A DNA stretch of 56,030 nucleotides. Source: a virus. Lineage: Duplodnaviria > Caudoviricetes. Positions 10,645 to 21,570 of the stretch are shown one piece after another. The translations under genes were made by a program, and so were the position numbers. The stretch covers positions 1 to 56,030 of the IMG/VR virus record IMGVR_UViG_3300012953_000002; one strand, written 5' to 3'. The first letter of the stretch is position 1, and every line of letters starts with the position of its first letter. The notes below the pieces were generated by a model. That model saw only the letters and a program-made list of their open reading frames with translations. It had not been told where the DNA came from and ran no database searches.

Positions 10645-12108
10645 TTATCTTGGCAACTCTAATTGCTCTATATCAGTATTTAAAAATGTTTCAAGATTAT
10701 CGCTTTCTTGAATTTCATTTGATAAAATATTTAATAACTCATCAAAATTACTTGTTCTATCTTCATCAGATAATTTATTAATTTCTTCATTTAAAGCATC
10801 AACAGATATTTGATTTAATGTTTGAGAAATGCTATATTTTTCATTATGGTCAAATTGATATGCTTTCATAACATTATGAATCTCTTCTTTTTTATTTAAA
10901 ATAAAATCTAAATCTTTGTTTCCATGATCATCTAAGTCTAAAATTTCACTAGACCATTGAGAACTATATTCAGGAAACATTTCTTGAAGTTCTGCATATC
11001 TATCATATAATTTATCATTGCTATAAATTCTCATACCTATATCATATATCTCATTAACATATTTTTGTAAATTTTTACGCATATTCTTTTGAACAAATTC
11101 AGGCATTTCCTTTAATTTTTTATGAAATTCTAAATAAGAATCAGTATTACCTGTGCCTATTAAAGCTCTTTCATTTGCATAAAACCAATCTCTTCCATTG
11201 TTTTTAAATTGTAATGCTTCTTGCAATATAATACTTTTCATAGTTTGCATATTAAAACCTTCTTTAAGACCTTCTACAAAATCACCTTCAGTATCTAAAT
11301 CAAATTCATCTAAAGCATCATAAAATCCAGGAATTTTTTCTGTATCAGATATTTTTTGACCATAAATTAAATTATGTATTTCAGGATTACTTGCAACTAT
11401 TCTACTTTTAGTAACATTTTCAAGGCTTAAATCTGCTTTTCCAATAGTAGTATCATCCAAAGAAGAAGATAACTGTATAGGACCAGCATCTAAACCTTCT
11501 TCTCTTGCAATCGATTGAGGCATATCTACCTCAACTAAAGAACCGTCTTCTGTGATTTCAGGGAATGTTACAATATTATCTTTAACATTTGATAATGGAG
11601 ACATAGCATTAGCCCAAATTAAATCTAATTTATTCCTATTTGAAAAAGTTAATCTCCTAGGGTCATCAGTTATATTTCCATACTCTGGAGTAATCATCAT
11701 TCCTCCAGCATACTGCACATCTTCACTCATACCATTAAAAGACTTATGTAGATCATGTATTTGATTTCTTACATCAATATATTCATTAAAATCCTCATTA
11801 GCATTGGTTTTAGCTTCATGTAATACTAATTCTCGGCTTAAATTTAGTAATTCCTGGTCATATTCTTGTTTAGTAGGGGTATAGTTTGCATTTGGTGCAA
11901 TAAGGCTTAAATGACCCTTATCTTTGATTTCTTTATGTAATTTTGCTAATTTAAGAGAATCTTCTTTTGCAGTTTTCAAACTATCAGCTACTCTTAAACT
12001 ATCAGCTACTCTTAAACTATCAGCTAATTTTGTGCTATCAGCTAAATTTATAGATTCTTGCAATTCTTTTTCTTGTTGTACTGCTTTGTTTAAAAATATA
12101 CTACTCAT
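10645..12108 (-). CDS. Putative ejection/internal virion protein with ADSLRV repeats
   Basis: 487 aa, acidic, coupled to neighbours, adjacent to the giant protein. Confidence 0.55.
   Translation of the reverse strand: MSSIFLNKAVQQEKELQESINLADSTKLADSLRVADSLRVADSLKTAKEDSLKLAKLHKEIKDKGHLSLIAPNANYTPTKQEYDQELLNLSRELVLHEAKTNANEDFNEYIDVRNQIHDLHKSFNGMSEDVQYAGGMMITPEYGNITDDPRRLTFSNRNKLDLIWANAMSPLSNVKDNIVTFPEITEDGSLVEVDMPQSIAREEGLDAGPIQLSSSLDDTTIGKADLSLENVTKSRIVASNPEIHNLIYGQKISDTEKIPGFYDALDEFDLDTEGDFVEGLKEGFNMQTMKSIILQEALQFKNNGRDWFYANERALIGTGNTDSYLEFHKKLKEMPEFVQKNMRKNLQKYVNEIYDIGMRIYSNDKLYDRYAELQEMFPEYSSQWSSEILDLDDHGNKDLDFILNKKEEIHNVMKAYQFDHNEKYSISQTLNQISVDALNEEINKLSDEDRTSNFDELLNILSNEIQESDNLETFLNTDIEQLELPR
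11978..12044. repeat. 18-bp tandem repeat encoding ADSTKL-ADSLRV-ADSLRV-ADSL
   Basis: aaactatcagctactctt twice, plus partial copies. Confidence 0.9.
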
Positions 12109-13615
12109 TTGGATTCCCTTGTAATTCTATTAATAATTTAGACATTGGAATACCAGTCGCTCTGGTAATCGGTAAAGAACTATCAGTATACATACCTAAA
12201 AATTCTAAAGCATATTGGTCATTTTGGTCAATATATTTTTGCTCTAAAGATAATAAAGAGTTAAATAACTTGTTTTGTGCATCAGGACCTAAATTTTCTA
12301 TAGCTACTTCATTAAATATTATAGGATCTAAAGTTTGTAAATCATCTAATACAGTATTTCGACCATATCCCATTATTTTAGCATCGTTCATAAAGCCCAT
12401 TTGAGTTACGGTTATACCTTCATTAATTCTTTGTCGATTAATATCTTCAAAATCTCTAACTTGTTGTAAAAAATGTTTTTCAATTCTAGGCAAATAACTT
12501 AATTCTTCTGCTAATTGTTGATTAAACCCTACATACATTACTCCTTGATCATCTTGTTGGGGTGTACTAGTGTAAAATTTATAAGCATCTTCAAATCTTT
12601 GATAACCTTCAAAGTATAAACTATATACATTAGGAAAGCTATCTTTAAATTCTTCTATGGTAAAATCAGTTTCTTGCATTAATTCAGGTCTACTTGCATC
12701 ATTAGTTACATCTACAGTAAGACCTTTATCAGAAAAATGAGCTTTATTTTTAAGCATCCCACCAAATTCGTCTTTATCGCTATAAGCACTTTCAGCAATT
12801 TTTCTCCAATTTTCAGTATTTTCAAACTTGTTTTTCCATCCTGCATCACTTCTAAGTTCTGCATCCCTTTCTCTAATAAGTTTATTTTGCTCTTGAATCA
12901 TTTTAGTTACTTCACCAGGACCAACAATATTATTTTTTTGAATTATATTGCCTTGAGCATCTCTTATGGTAGCTCCTGCAAGACCTTCTTTAAAATAACC
13001 ATATGTTTTCTTTAATTCTGATATATCACTTGTACTTAAAGCATAAAAACCATCTTCTGTTAATGGAATATTACCTACAAGCTTTTTTTCATGTAAATCT
13101 AAATATTCATCTTCAGATAATAATACATTCCCATGATAAGGAGAATTTTCATCCTTTACAGGTTTTAATAAACCTCCCCAATTATGTCTATTAGCAATCT
13201 TTAAAGCTTCACCTGTTGCTTGATCTCCAAATAAATACGCATCATACTGGTCTATATCTTCATAAGAAATTAAACCTGGAGTATAATCTAAATCGTATCC
13301 TCCATATGTAAATAACCTATCTTCAGCATGTGGTGATAAAGTACCTTCATTAGGAACATATTCTTCACCGCTTCTTCTTGATTTATAAGCATGCATAACA
13401 TCATTTTGATAATCTTTAAATGCATCTGGGTCATTAATAACATCTCCATAGTCATAATGATTTATTTCTGGAGCAAAATTAGATACACGGTCTAATTCAG
13501 ATATTCTAAATCTTCTATTAAATTGTTCGTCTTTTTCAATTCTTTCACTATCAGCTTGGTATTTACCTGCGCTAATAATCATAAGTTTATTAAATGCACT
13601 ATTTAAATCTGCCAT
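12101..13615 (-). CDS. Putative ejection/internal virion protein
   Basis: 504-aa ORF; call rests on position and coupling only. Confidence 0.5.
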   Translation of the reverse strand: MADLNSAFNKLMIISAGKYQADSERIEKDEQFNRRFRISELDRVSNFAPEINHYDYGDVINDPDAFKDYQNDVMHAYKSRRSGEEYVPNEGTLSPHAEDRLFTYGGYDLDYTPGLISYEDIDQYDAYLFGDQATGEALKIANRHNWGGLLKPVKDENSPYHGNVLLSEDEYLDLHEKKLVGNIPLTEDGFYALSTSDISELKKTYGYFKEGLAGATIRDAQGNIIQKNNIVGPGEVTKMIQEQNKLIRERDAELRSDAGWKNKFENTENWRKIAESAYSDKDEFGGMLKNKAHFSDKGLTVDVTNDASRPELMQETDFTIEEFKDSFPNVYSLYFEGYQRFEDAYKFYTSTPQQDDQGVMYVGFNQQLAEELSYLPRIEKHFLQQVRDFEDINRQRINEGITVTQMGFMNDAKIMGYGRNTVLDDLQTLDPIIFNEVAIENLGPDAQNKLFNSLLSLEQKYIDQNDQYALEFLGMYTDSSLPITRATGIPMSKLLIELQGNPNE

Positions 13616-14509
13616 TTATTCTCCCATGCTCCAGTTTGCACATGCTTCTTCATCATATAAATCATGTTCAGGATCGCAAACTACCATACCTTGGGCTATA
13701 TTTTGTACTTGATTTGCTTCATTTTCTAATGTAGTATAGCAAAATTCTTGTTCAGTTACACTAGCTGCACTTTCAAGGCATGATTCATAATTTTGATATG
13801 CTGTCACTGTTCCACTTGACCAAAAATCACTAACTGCAGAATTATCCTGATAACTTCCCCATTCCACATCCCATCCCAATCCCAAATCAGTCATATCCAT
13901 ATCACCACCGTCGCTTACAAAAATGTTTTCAAATGTAGAACCTTGAAATCCTTCTTCTGTACAACATGATACGGAAAATCCACCATCTGGGCATGGACAT
14001 GGACTTCCAAAATCTTGATCTACATTTATATCTCCCGATTCATACTCTGCTAACCATGCATCTGCTTCTCCTGGACTCATTTCTTGCATCCCTGGACTAT
14101 ATTCTTCATCATATCCTCCTGCTGATGCAACATAGCCTAGCATATCATAAACTCCTTTTCTATGTTTACGTCTATATTTAGAAATATCGGATAATTTTTT
14201 CATTTCTTTTAATTGAAGATCAGTTCCAATAGTATCTAACATGCTTGATTGCAATGTATCTGATTGATTAGTAGCAAAGCCTAATTTACCCATTTTTTTA
14301 TTAGCTTTTTGCAATTCATCATAACCTGATAAAAGAGTATCAGCTTGTAAAATATTATGCTCAGCGGTAGCAATTAATTCGTTAGATTGGTCATATTCAT
14401 CAAGATACATTCCATATTCATTCATAAAAACATTTGGATTATATGCTAATTGTCCATCTTCTTCTAAAGTAGGAATAATATACTGCATATTATCATATTG
14501 ATTTGGCAT
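13616..14509 (-). CDS. Acidic Cys-containing hypothetical virion protein
   Basis: 297 aa, AGGAG RBS, CPCPDGGFSVSCC motif. Confidence 0.55.
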   Translation of the reverse strand: MPNQYDNMQYIIPTLEEDGQLAYNPNVFMNEYGMYLDEYDQSNELIATAEHNILQADTLLSGYDELQKANKKMGKLGFATNQSDTLQSSMLDTIGTDLQLKEMKKLSDISKYRRKHRKGVYDMLGYVASAGGYDEEYSPGMQEMSPGEADAWLAEYESGDINVDQDFGSPCPCPDGGFSVSCCTEEGFQGSTFENIFVSDGGDMDMTDLGLGWDVEWGSYQDNSAVSDFWSSGTVTAYQNYESCLESAASVTEQEFCYTTLENEANQVQNIAQGMVVCDPEHDLYDEEACANWSMGE

Positions 14510-14521
14510 ATTTTCTCCTTA

Positions 14522-15178
14522 TTAAGTACATACAGGTCCCATTGGGAAACCACTTACTATATCTAAACATTGATCTCCACTTACAACTCCACCACCATAA
14601 CAGTTGCAATGAGCTACACCTGGTTCTACTTCCCAGTCTAAACCACCTTGCTCTGCTATATCTTCTAATGTATCGTAAATTGATTCTCCCTGGTCTTCAT
14701 AAATTTCATTTTGAGCATCTTGATATTGTAAATTTAAAGCTGCACTAGAGCCGACATATTTGCTCCATAAATCATCTAATGTGTTTTGATAAGCTCCACT
14801 ACTAGCAAAACCTGTTTTACCTATTGCTCCTAGTTCTTGTGACCTACTAACTCCAAATTGTGTAGATGCTTGAGATTGACCTAAATCTCTAATTCTTTTT
14901 TCTCTACCTAAAGAAGTTAGTCCAGATTCAATATCTAAATTAAACATAGATCCATATTCATTCCACCATTCTTCTCTATCAGCCCATCCTTGTGAATAAT
15001 CAATTGGAGCACTAGGATTTGCTTCATAAGCAAACCAAGAAGCATCTGGATTAATCCATTCACTTAATAAATTATCCCAAAACCCACTGAATTGATTATC
15101 GTCAACGTGAGTATAAAACTCTTCTCCTAATTGAGTTGAAGTATATCCTGAATATGGCTCATCATAAATTCCTGGCAT
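14522..15178 (-). CDS. Hypothetical (ejection/pilot-type) protein
   Basis: 218 aa, TAATG coupling, GKTGFASSG segment, Cys-rich C-terminus. Confidence 0.5.
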   Translation of the reverse strand: MPGIYDEPYSGYTSTQLGEEFYTHVDDNQFSGFWDNLLSEWINPDASWFAYEANPSAPIDYSQGWADREEWWNEYGSMFNLDIESGLTSLGREKRIRDLGQSQASTQFGVSRSQELGAIGKTGFASSGAYQNTLDDLWSKYVGSSAALNLQYQDAQNEIYEDQGESIYDTLEDIAEQGGLDWEVEPGVAHCNCYGGGVVSGDQCLDIVSGFPMGPVCT

Positions 15179-15903
15179 TATTTATTACCTCCAGGTCCTA
15201 CTTTTACATAATCACTATAGTCTCTAGTATAAGTTGGTGTCGGGAATAAATATTTAGCTAAATACTGTCCTATTGCTTGATCTACATTATCTGACATTAA
15301 ATATTGATTTAATATATTCTGATTAGTCATGCCTTTACCTACTGCATATGCAGGAGTTCCAGGAGATGCATTTATAAATTTACCAATACCTTCAAACAAT
15401 CCCGTTCCTGTAATATCGTCAGAACCTGAAAGCATAGCCATTTTTTCACCCATAGTATAATCTAATCCTTCTGCAGAACCTATTAATGAAGGATCTAATC
15501 TATCTCTATACATTTTGTTTGCAATTGAAGTTCCTATATCTGATATTATATTAGCATCTACATAATCATCTACATCGTCATATACTGTTTCTAAATTTTC
15601 TTGAAACTCTCTATTGAAAAACTTAAAATCTGGAATTTCTCTATCTTTTATTTTATTTAAAGCATTTTGTCCGTATCCATACTTTGCAATTTTACTACCC
15701 CAATCTGCATATTTTAAGGCTTTATCTATATTTCCTGTAGAAATACCAACACCAAGACCAATAACTTGACCAATCGTGCTAGCAATTCCAATATTACTTG
15801 TAGCAGATTCTAAATCATCTGCAATATCGTCTAGAATTTCTTTTTGTTCTAATTCAGTCTTATATAAATCTGCTTTAAATCTTACTCTGCCTGGTCCAGA
15901 CAT
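15178..15903 (-). CDS. Putative DNA pilot/ejection protein
   Basis: 241 aa, Gly-rich hydrophobic segment IGIASTIGQVIGLGVGIS, AGGAG RBS. Confidence 0.5.
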   Translation of the reverse strand: MSGPGRVRFKADLYKTELEQKEILDDIADDLESATSNIGIASTIGQVIGLGVGISTGNIDKALKYADWGSKIAKYGYGQNALNKIKDREIPDFKFFNREFQENLETVYDDVDDYVDANIISDIGTSIANKMYRDRLDPSLIGSAEGLDYTMGEKMAMLSGSDDITGTGLFEGIGKFINASPGTPAYAVGKGMTNQNILNQYLMSDNVDQAIGQYLAKYLFPTPTYTRDYSDYVKVGPGGNK

Positions 15904-15935
15904 TCTATCTCCTTTTTTCTAAAATCTTTCATTCT

Positions 15936-15964
15936 AATATATATCTTCTCCTTAATATATCCAA
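15936..15964 (-). promoter_or_regulatory. Sigma70-like promoter for the ejection/RNAP gene block
   Basis: TTGGAT-N17-TATATT in the gap upstream of 15903; same pattern at 48849. Confidence 0.45.
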
Positions 15965-15976
15965 TAGTTTTATTCA

Positions 15977-18070
15977 TTAAAAATTAGTTCCAAAAAATAC
16001 TGAATCATTTGCTGACGGTACAAACACATCAGTTGAATACTCTAAGTATGGTCTATATGCTGTAGTTAATGCATCAACCTGATTCATTGAATAATAATTT
16101 TGTTTTGTTGTTGTCAAACTCGTTAAAGTTGGATTTTCGTAAAAAATATCATGGTCATATAATCCTACAGTAAACTCGTTATCATTTGTTACGTCAGTTC
16201 TTGCAGTACTGTTTAATGTAATAAATGTATTTTCAGGACTTGTTGAATTATATGATGCATTTACATCAGCTGTAATACCTGTTTTTGACGAGTATTGAGT
16301 AACATCAGTATCATCCCAACCTGATGTATGTCCCACCATATTATTAAACTCATCAGTTCTATCAGATGCACTAGTTGAAGTTCCTGTGATACTTGATTTT
16401 AAAGCTATGATATTTACTTTTCTAACTCCATCTATAAGGTCTGTACAAACTCCTGTGCCTCTAAACCTAAGCGATACAGCTGTTACGGTATCAGTTACTC
16501 CTGACGTATCAAAATGAAAATTAGATTGAGTAAATCTCCATGTTTTTGTATATGTGGTTACTCCAGGACTATTTTGACTACCACCTGTCGTTGTAGATGT
16601 TGCTGAAAATGACCTTCCTACTGCTGTAGTAATAAAATCTTCATTAAAAATACCACCTTCACCTTGATTAGCTGCAGTTCCTGAAGTAGCATCTCTTATA
16701 ATCGTTAAATTTGCTTGAGTACGTGGATTAGGTAGTTGACTAGTATTTGATGTAGATACTTGGTAAAAAGGTATAGAATCTTCAACTTGGTCTATAGCCA
16801 AAGCAGTATCTAAGTATTGAGCTGTGTTTAAAAGTAGTGATTGCTTAGGCGTTAAAAGTTTCGTATACCTATAGCTACCGTCTTCATTCATAGTTAATGT
16901 ATGGTCAGTTGAATAATATAAATTTTCATAATTTTCATTAAAGGCTATAGGCGTTCCAATAACCATAGAATGTTTGTTAATTTTAAATTCAAAGCAGTTA
17001 CTTTCAAATGGCTTGTAATTATCGCTGTTAACTGTAATTTTTAAATCTTTATTAAACCTGCTTTTTATAGCTTCTTCAAATTCTGACACAGTAAAATCTA
17101 CATATGAAGTCTCTTGGAATGTCTTCCTTTTAAATAATGTTTTAATTTTATCAGGTATAGGCTGAGTATTAAAAAATGCAAAAAACGTATTATCATTTGA
17201 ATAAAATCCTCCAATTTTCTTATTATTTTTTGTAAAATATACACCTTTTCCTCCATCATTAAATATCTCATATCCATAAATATCACATATATGTGACGTT
17301 ATAATGCTTTCAAAATTATCTATATTTTGAGGTTTAACTGCAAATATAATTGCGTCTTTATAATAAACACTACTTCCACCTATGTACATTTGCTCAAGAG
17401 TATAATCTGAAAGATCATCATCACCAAATTCCTCGCTAATTGAATACTCACCTGTAGTTATATATTCATCTGTTATTTTTCCAACGTAACAATCTAAACT
17501 TGGAATATCGCTATTTTCAACGTTATAACTGTTATACATACCTAAAGTAGTAGAACCATTATTATCGCCTATATTGGTTATTTTAAAGCTATAATCGTAT
17601 AATGTAGTATCTGTTTCATATTTGGTATTTTGTAATTCTAAATTTTTAGCATATATATCAAATTCTATTTTACAGCTTTGAAAGCTTTTGTTTAATTTTA
17701 TCAATTGAAAAACTTTACTAGCTTTTAACTTTATTTCTAAATCATCTTCAACGTTAAATTCCTGTGAAATGCCATCTAATTCTACATTGACCAAACTAAA
17801 TTCTAATTGCTGAGTTCCTTCATGTTGATTATTATCAGGTCTTATGCCAACTACTTTATGAGGGTTATTTCCTTTTCTTTTACCTACACTAAGTACGCCT
17901 TTGTTCATTAAAGATATTTCACCAATATTTGATGTTGTATCTTGAAACGTATGGTCTATTTCTTCATATGTTCCTTCGCTTGTTTTATAAAATATGGGAG
18001 CTTGAAAGCAATAAGTTCTATATTTATTTTCAGCGTATTGTACTGTTGTTCTGTTTATTGGCTTGTTCAT
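15977..18070 (-). CDS. Tail-associated protein
   Basis: 697 aa, Thr/Ser-rich C-half, ends FFGTNF, similar to the adjacent fibre (ATVNF). Confidence 0.55.
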   Translation of the reverse strand: MNKPINRTTVQYAENKYRTYCFQAPIFYKTSEGTYEEIDHTFQDTTSNIGEISLMNKGVLSVGKRKGNNPHKVVGIRPDNNQHEGTQQLEFSLVNVELDGISQEFNVEDDLEIKLKASKVFQLIKLNKSFQSCKIEFDIYAKNLELQNTKYETDTTLYDYSFKITNIGDNNGSTTLGMYNSYNVENSDIPSLDCYVGKITDEYITTGEYSISEEFGDDDLSDYTLEQMYIGGSSVYYKDAIIFAVKPQNIDNFESIITSHICDIYGYEIFNDGGKGVYFTKNNKKIGGFYSNDNTFFAFFNTQPIPDKIKTLFKRKTFQETSYVDFTVSEFEEAIKSRFNKDLKITVNSDNYKPFESNCFEFKINKHSMVIGTPIAFNENYENLYYSTDHTLTMNEDGSYRYTKLLTPKQSLLLNTAQYLDTALAIDQVEDSIPFYQVSTSNTSQLPNPRTQANLTIIRDATSGTAANQGEGGIFNEDFITTAVGRSFSATSTTTGGSQNSPGVTTYTKTWRFTQSNFHFDTSGVTDTVTAVSLRFRGTGVCTDLIDGVRKVNIIALKSSITGTSTSASDRTDEFNNMVGHTSGWDDTDVTQYSSKTGITADVNASYNSTSPENTFITLNSTARTDVTNDNEFTVGLYDHDIFYENPTLTSLTTTKQNYYSMNQVDALTTAYRPYLEYSTDVFVPSANDSVFFGTNF

Positions 18071-21000
18071 TAGAAATTTACAGTTGCAACTCCATAAGCT
18101 ATCTCATTATCTGCGTCCCAAAAAAATGACAAAATATCAACTTTATTTGCAGTTGTTGTCAATGTTGGGTTAGCACCACCTGGAAATAGTACTGTTGAAC
18201 TTCCTGCCGCTGTTCCTGTACGGTCAAACGCTTTATAATTAGTTATTGCTCTTGAGCCTGAACCGTCTTGTTTTATTAATAAAGTATAATTACCTGAAGT
18301 TGGAGGAAAATATAAATTTAAATCTGTTATATTACCTGCTCCAAATGTTACAAACTGTTTATTTCCTGTTCTAAAATCTACATCAGTATCAGTAGCGTTA
18401 TATGTAGGAGTAACTAAATCAAACCCAACACCACAACCGTCAAATTCTACAAATCCTTGAATCTCCATATGCAAGTTTGCTAATTTTGTACCGTCATCAT
18501 CTACTGTAGCTAATGTTGTTTCTCCATTAGCAATAGTCCTCATACTAAAGTAATCACCTATATCTGCACTACTGTTTTGTCTATAATCTATTCCATCATT
18601 TGAAACTGTTTGTTGTATACCTATAGAACCTGTAGTACCATCTCCATTTTCCCCAACATTATTTATTATTCCATAATCAGCATCACCGCCTTTTATCAGA
18701 TTATACATTCCCATAGCAAAAGATGTGCCTGTTTTATTAGATATAACATTATTTTCAATGCCAACTGGATAATGACCTTGTACGTGTGTTGGAGCGTCAT
18801 CGTTAAGACTAATTCTCATTCCATACATTGAAATTGTTTGACCACCTGCAACTGCTCCTGTTTGGTCTAAATCTATATCAATACCATATACAGAACTTGA
18901 TGTTGTTGCTGTAGAATCTTTATCAATAGTTAATGTTCCTGCCATAGTATCATCAGCGTCATCTGTAACATAATTACTGCCTCCTCCACCACCGCCACCT
19001 GTTGTGTCAATCGAATCTTGAAGATTATCAAGTGTCATATATTTCCAAGCACTACCTGATTCATCCCATAATAATATTTTATCATCTGTTGCATCTGTGC
19101 TTTCATTAAGTTCTGATAAGTTAATAGGGTCATCAAGTGAAACAGTTACAGTATCAGTCGCTCCTACTGCTGTTACTATTGGCGAACTTCCTGCTATATC
19201 TAATGTATTACCATGTTGTATTGTTTGATTACTTCCACTATCTGCTGTTAATGTAAACGTAGTAAGTTGGTTTGTATTTGTATCAGTATCTGTTGGAGTT
19301 GCCCATGTACCATCTTTTTTTAAAAATGTAGCACCACTACCTCCACCTAAATTAGAAAGAGCAGCTCCACTTGATAAAGCAAAAGTAACAGTATCAGTTG
19401 AAGAAACTACTGTATCAATACCTGTACCACCTGTTAATTGAAGTGTGTTTCCATGAGCTATTGTTTCTGCTGTTCCTGAGTCTGCATCAACATCAAAAGT
19501 AGTAAGTTGATTAGTGTTTGTATCTGCAGTCATATCGTCTACTACTAAATTTATTTTACCTGCTCCTACTCCTCCATCTACATAAGTAGCTGCTATTCTT
19601 GTTTCTGTATTTGATGCAAACATTGCACCTACTATATCTTGAACTTCTTCTGTAGAAAGCTGTGTATTAGTGTCTGTTACTGTACTAGTAATAGTAACTG
19701 TTCCATCTGCAGTTGTTTCACAAGTTATACCTGTTCCTGCAGCAAACATTAAATCATCGCCTTGAGATATTGTTGTTGCATTACTATCAGTTGTAGCAGA
19801 TACTGTAAATGTTGTTAATTGATTTGTATTAGTGTCTGTATCTGTAGGAACAACCCAAGTCCCATCTTTTCTAAGAAATTGATTACTATGAGTTCCACTT
19901 CCTGCTGCAACTAATCCAGCTGCATAAGAATTACCAGATGCCATAACACTATAAGTTGTATCATTGTCAACATAATTACTAGCATGTATAGTACCTGCAC
20001 TTGATGCTGTCCAATCTATATGCTTATTAGCAGACCAATTGTTTAATGAATCGTGGTCTATTTCTGCAGGAACAGCCACAGCAGTTATTGTAGTACCACT
20101 ATTTGTTACTCCTACTCCACTAGAGCCTAGTATGGAAAAATCAGCAGAACCACCTGTATCTGAAGCTGCTGAACCACCTCCTGAATCTGTAGTTATTGTT
20201 ACCCCTGTAATATCTCCAGTATTTGCAGTTGCTCCATTGGCTACATTTAATAAAGCTCTAACAGAAGAAGCTGATAAAGCTATTGGTGCACCTGCATCGC
20301 CCTCATCGTGGCGACCTAATATTGTATTATCTGCTATATTTGCCATCTTAGCAAGAGTAATACCTGAATCTTTAACTCTCAATGTATCACTATTTGTTTC
20401 AATAGTAGAATCATCTACATTAACAGCTAGAGAAACACCACCTGAACTGCCTCCTCCTGATAGTCCATCTCCTGCAGTTACTCCTGTTATATCTCCTGAT
20501 GTAGTTGAATATCCATAAGCTTCTATTTTTTCTTTAATAGCTCCTGCTGTCATTAAAGATGTATCATTGTCTGTAAAACTACTACCTGTATGAACTGTTG
20601 TAATCCCTACTGTTCCACTTGTTGCATCATCAAATGTCCAAGTTCCTGTAGTTGTAAATCCTGCTGCAGTTATAGTTCCACTAGTTGTATCATCTTCATT
20701 ATCTCTTAAATAATTATTAGGTATAATTTGGTCACCTGTATTAGTTCCACTTAAATTACCTATATCTGTTAAATCTTGAGCTGATAAAGAACCACTACCA
20801 GTTATATAGCTTCCAGCAGCTTGAGCCCCTATATCAGACAATACTTCTGCTGGAGTTCTTTTTTTAACTACTCCACTTACTTCAACTAAATAATTATCTC
20901 CTGCTGTATCGGTATTAATAGTATTTATAGTTAATGTTCCTGATAAAACAGTACTAGCAGCATTAACATTTAAAGCTGTAGCAGCAGACGTTCCACTATC

Positions 21001-21570
21001 TCCTGCTCCTAATGTTATAGAACCATGAGATCCACTACCACCTGGTGCTTTTGTACCAGAAGAAAGTACTGTATCACCACCACTATTATTTCCTGAAGCA
21101 GAACCAGCTCCTAATATTTTTAAATCAGCTCCACTATCTCCATTTTCTAATTTTATTGTAGACCCAGTTGTTCCCCATGTAGGTTGTAGAGATATATCAC
21201 CTATTGATATTTTACTTACAGTATTGCTAGATGCTACATCAAAAACTTTAGAATCAATTGTTAAATAATCAATATTTGAAACACTAAATTTAGCTTTTTT
21301 CATATATAAATCATTATCAAGATTTAATTGACGTATATGATCGTCAGTTACTTTTTCTTTTAAAGCTGCTTTATTTCTATATCCAATTGTTTTACCATGA
21401 CCAAAATTATACCACTTACCACTTATTTTACCAAATAATATGTTTACACCTTTTACAGTAGTTAATCTTAAATCCCCATCTCTACCTTCTGAATTAGAAG
21501 GTAATTTAGTTTGTACGGATAATTTATCAGAACTAATTCTTTGTCTTATTTTTGTATTAATATTACTCAT
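18070..21570 (-). CDS. Tail fibre protein with internal repeats
   Basis: 1166 aa, Gly/Thr/Ser/Asp-rich; three DTNTNQLTTF and two FLxKDGTW repeats; C-terminal LLIKQDGSGSR...FPGGANPTLT...DILSF fibre-type module. Confidence 0.8.
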   Translation of the reverse strand: MSNINTKIRQRISSDKLSVQTKLPSNSEGRDGDLRLTTVKGVNILFGKISGKWYNFGHGKTIGYRNKAALKEKVTDDHIRQLNLDNDLYMKKAKFSVSNIDYLTIDSKVFDVASSNTVSKISIGDISLQPTWGTTGSTIKLENGDSGADLKILGAGSASGNNSGGDTVLSSGTKAPGGSGSHGSITLGAGDSGTSAATALNVNAASTVLSGTLTINTINTDTAGDNYLVEVSGVVKKRTPAEVLSDIGAQAAGSYITGSGSLSAQDLTDIGNLSGTNTGDQIIPNNYLRDNEDDTTSGTITAAGFTTTGTWTFDDATSGTVGITTVHTGSSFTDNDTSLMTAGAIKEKIEAYGYSTTSGDITGVTAGDGLSGGGSSGGVSLAVNVDDSTIETNSDTLRVKDSGITLAKMANIADNTILGRHDEGDAGAPIALSASSVRALLNVANGATANTGDITGVTITTDSGGGSAASDTGGSADFSILGSSGVGVTNSGTTITAVAVPAEIDHDSLNNWSANKHIDWTASSAGTIHASNYVDNDTTYSVMASGNSYAAGLVAAGSGTHSNQFLRKDGTWVVPTDTDTNTNQLTTFTVSATTDSNATTISQGDDLMFAAGTGITCETTADGTVTITSTVTDTNTQLSTEEVQDIVGAMFASNTETRIAATYVDGGVGAGKINLVVDDMTADTNTNQLTTFDVDADSGTAETIAHGNTLQLTGGTGIDTVVSSTDTVTFALSSGAALSNLGGGSGATFLKKDGTWATPTDTDTNTNQLTTFTLTADSGSNQTIQHGNTLDIAGSSPIVTAVGATDTVTVSLDDPINLSELNESTDATDDKILLWDESGSAWKYMTLDNLQDSIDTTGGGGGGGSNYVTDDADDTMAGTLTIDKDSTATTSSSVYGIDIDLDQTGAVAGGQTISMYGMRISLNDDAPTHVQGHYPVGIENNVISNKTGTSFAMGMYNLIKGGDADYGIINNVGENGDGTTGSIGIQQTVSNDGIDYRQNSSADIGDYFSMRTIANGETTLATVDDDGTKLANLHMEIQGFVEFDGCGVGFDLVTPTYNATDTDVDFRTGNKQFVTFGAGNITDLNLYFPPTSGNYTLLIKQDGSGSRAITNYKAFDRTGTAAGSSTVLFPGGANPTLTTTANKVDILSFFWDADNEIAYGVATVNF

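Noticed and set aside
11978-12044. CRISPR-like array
   Set aside because: In-frame 18-bp coding tandem repeat with no spacers; no CRISPR array seen anywhere.
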